A stretch of DNA of 64,000 nt from Phoronis australis. Taxonomy: Eukaryota; Animalia; Phoronida. The stretch is from the NCBI GenBank assembly GCA_002633005.1, contig NMRA01000062.1:124001-188000 (forward strand). Reading direction: 5' to 3'. Within the stretch, counting starts at the first letter, position 1; every line of letters begins with the position of its first letter. Both the position numbers and the translations under genes were made by a program. The notes beneath the pieces were generated by a model. It saw only the letters and a program-made list of their open reading frames with translations, searched no databases and was not told the DNA's origin. Of the stretch, positions 50,166 to 64,000 are shown in pieces.

Positions 50166-51115
50166 AACAAGAGCAACGCGGAGCGTTGACATGCGCCCAT
50201 GAATGCATCGCAAATGGTGTGCTTTTAGGGGGTTTTGTTTGTATCATTGAAATGGCCACTAGATGGCACAAAATACGTCGAATTCGTCTGAAAACCAGAA
50301 AGTGTCACCATTTCTTTAAAACAAAGCCATTTACAACAAAAATGGCCACTAGGTGGCACAAACTACAAATCCATCCGAGAATGAGAGGATAGCATATCAG
50401 TAATAGACGTCTATGTGCCAAATTTTATGGAAATCCGTTGAGGACCTTTGAAGATACAGAAGTAAAAAACTAAAACTGCCACTAGGGGGCACACTGGTAA
50501 ACCGATCTGTTCGAAAGTCATCGTCGTTCGTTGTCAACTTCATATAAACACATTAGCTAAATTTAATAAAGATCCTGTAGAACGTTTAGGAGATACAGCC
50601 ATGGGCACAAAAACAAAACTGCCACTAGGAGGCACCACTGTAGTCGAAGTCGTCGGAAAATCATCATTAGCTGTCTTCCTCATAGTAAAAACACACATGC
50701 CAATTTTCACAATCATCCTTAATAAAGTGGTTTGGTTGTTAGAGGGGCGGACGCCAAAAAAACGACTGAAAACAGTAAAAACGGCCACTACATGGCGCAA
50801 AATGCCTCGAATCCATCCGAAAACGAGAGGGTAGCGTCAACTCATTAAAAGATTCCAATGTGCCAAATTTCACAAAAATCGGTTGAGGACCTTTGAAGAT
50901 ACAGAGGCAAAGGTAAAAATCTAAAATTGCCACTAGGGGGCACAGTGGTATTCGGGTCGGTCCGAAACTCGTCGCCCTCTGTCATCAACCCTATAGGAAC
51001 ACACTTGCCAAATTTCAATAAGATCCTACAAGGGGTTTAAGAGATACAGCCGCGGACGCCCAGACAGAGATGACAGCAATATGCGACCACATATAAATAT
51101 GTGGGCGCATAATAA
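50166..51115 (+). mobile_element. HINE/Helentron-like non-autonomous element with a CTCF-type motif array
   Basis: Starts AAACAAGAGCAACG; subTIRs ATGCGCCC/GGGCGCAT; 3' hairpin CCACATAT-AA-ATATGTGG; about 440-bp internal direct repeat; related copies at about 9650-10800 and 7447. Confidence 0.65.
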
Positions 51116-51554
51116 TTATGTAAGGGATTACATTATTCTAACTATAACATCTCTGATTAAGAAAGCGCACTTGTACGATAACAATCAATATCAACTCACA
51201 GATTTATATCAATACTACATACATCTATATTTATATCAATATTACATACATCTTTATTAAAATCAATATTGCGTACATCTAATACCCAACACTAACATCT
51301 AAAGCTATTTAGCAACCAATGGGTCAGTTGCCAACAGTAAAGGTCTTTGAATGAGCCCTAACTGAATCAGGCCCACTTACAAATCTTCATGCAAAATGTT
51401 GCTGTGACTTCAGACCAAATAAGGGTCAATCTAGGTTTACAATCAAGGGAGTTAACCCTGCTTTGAATCAAAGCAAGATGTGCTTCAGGGTGCGTTGTAA
51501 CAAAGGTAACCTTTGTACATGGAGCCGTGGCCAACATTCATGTCACTGACGAAG

Positions 51555-51560
51555 TTTATT
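51555..51560 (-). terminator. Candidate EZH2 polyadenylation signal
   Basis: AATAAA on - about 365 nt after the stop; second candidate at 51253-51258. Confidence 0.4.
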
Positions 51561-51923
51561 AAAGAGGCTTGAAAAATAGTCATTCAGCATGAACAGTGTC
51601 AATGTTTTGTCCTTAGGAAAAATACAAAATCATATTCACATTTACCTGTCAATGGCCATCTCAGCTACGACAGAATACAAGACCTTTAACAAAACTGACA
51701 CCATATTCCTTTACGACAAGAATAATATTGCAGGGGTGCTGCACTCCACTGGCACTATACCTGCAAATATCTAACCTAACACTCAACAGCTAAAGTGGAA
51801 TTTAATGGATTATGGCAAACACTTAATAGCAAGGCTTGTAGTCTAATCTAGTAGTTGAGTTTATGGTCTGCTAGACACGACAGATCTCTTTAGCAAAGGT
51901 CACTGAGCTACATAATGCACTGT

Positions 51924-63158
<11,235 letters not shown>

Positions 63159-63326
63159 CTTCAATGTACAAACCATTGTGTGTAAATCATGTAAGCTATA
63201 CGGCATTGAGGCCACCAATGATCGATATGTATTATCAGTACACGTCGTTAAGTTTCATTAAACTCTACCAGAAAAAATTACACATCCTCTCAGTTGTTGC
63301 AAAGGCTTAGTACACTCAGTGCTAAT

Positions 63327-63479
63327 CTACACAGACTCCCATAATGCAGTGCTACACAGACTCCCATAATGCAGTGCTACACAGACTCCCATAATGCAGT
63401 GCTACACAGACTCCCATAATGCAGTGCTACACAGACTCCCATAATGCAGTGCTACACAGACTCCCATAATGCAGTGCTA
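63327..63479. repeat. 25-bp perfect minisatellite, 6 copies
   Basis: Unit CTACACAGACTCCCATAATGCAGTG. Confidence 0.97.
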
Positions 63480-64000
63480 GCGGTAAGATGCACTGTATAG
63501 ACTGTGCTAGTCATGAAGTAAAATTTCGTCTTATTCAGTTTTGCAAAGACAACCGACAAAACAAAATTATCAACAAAGCCCCAGTATGCTCTGTATTGAG
63601 AAGCTTTAATGCACCAAGCAATTCAAGAAAACATCAATCGTGTAATTTTCTGCCACGTATTTATACTCTTATTTTACCAAAATATTTTTACGAAAAAAAA
63701 TAATATGCCACAACCGTCAACACAAATTATACGAATGTAGAATAAAAGTGAAAATAAAAGCAAGAATCTGAGAAAAAAGTAGTTACACAGATTGTCTCAT
63801 GTAACTTCAATAACCTATTATTAAAAAGCTCATTTGCATACTGATCTGACATTTTTAACCCAACAGACCAAAATGCACCTATAAGTATTTCTTCATGTTC
63901 ACTTAAAAAATCTCAACCCGCAAATTTTACAAGAATGTCCAAAGTTTCGTCCGTAACTAATCTCTTACTGGTTGTATATCTCACCAACAGCTTTGAGTAC

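Overview
AT-rich, repeat-dense eukaryotic (metazoan, invertebrate-like) draft genomic DNA with N gaps; there are no prokaryotic features. I rebuilt three spliced genes by hand from splice sites and reading-frame phase. (1) A complete KRIT1/CCM1 homolog on + with 16 coding exons (33540-46992, about 733 aa; Nudix-like N-terminus, NPxY region, ankyrin repeats, FERM). Its CCM2-, Rap1- and HEG1-binding determinants and NLS look degenerate. (2) The 3' part of an EZH2/E(z) H3K27 methyltransferase on - (51924-63158, continuing beyond the window). It converges on KRIT1 and has a three-exon block present twice around a single N, most likely two haplotypes. (3) A putative orphan gene on -, head-to-head with KRIT1, encoding about 250 aa with S-H-D heptad repeats. 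The rest is MITEs, a TA-TSD pogo-like element, a decayed L1/Tx1 LINE, tRNA-derived SINEs, HINE-like elements with CTCF-type motif arrays, palindromes and minisatellites. Several tandem repeats duplicate KRIT1 exon ends together with their splice donors. Comparisons to human proteins are from memory, not from database searches.
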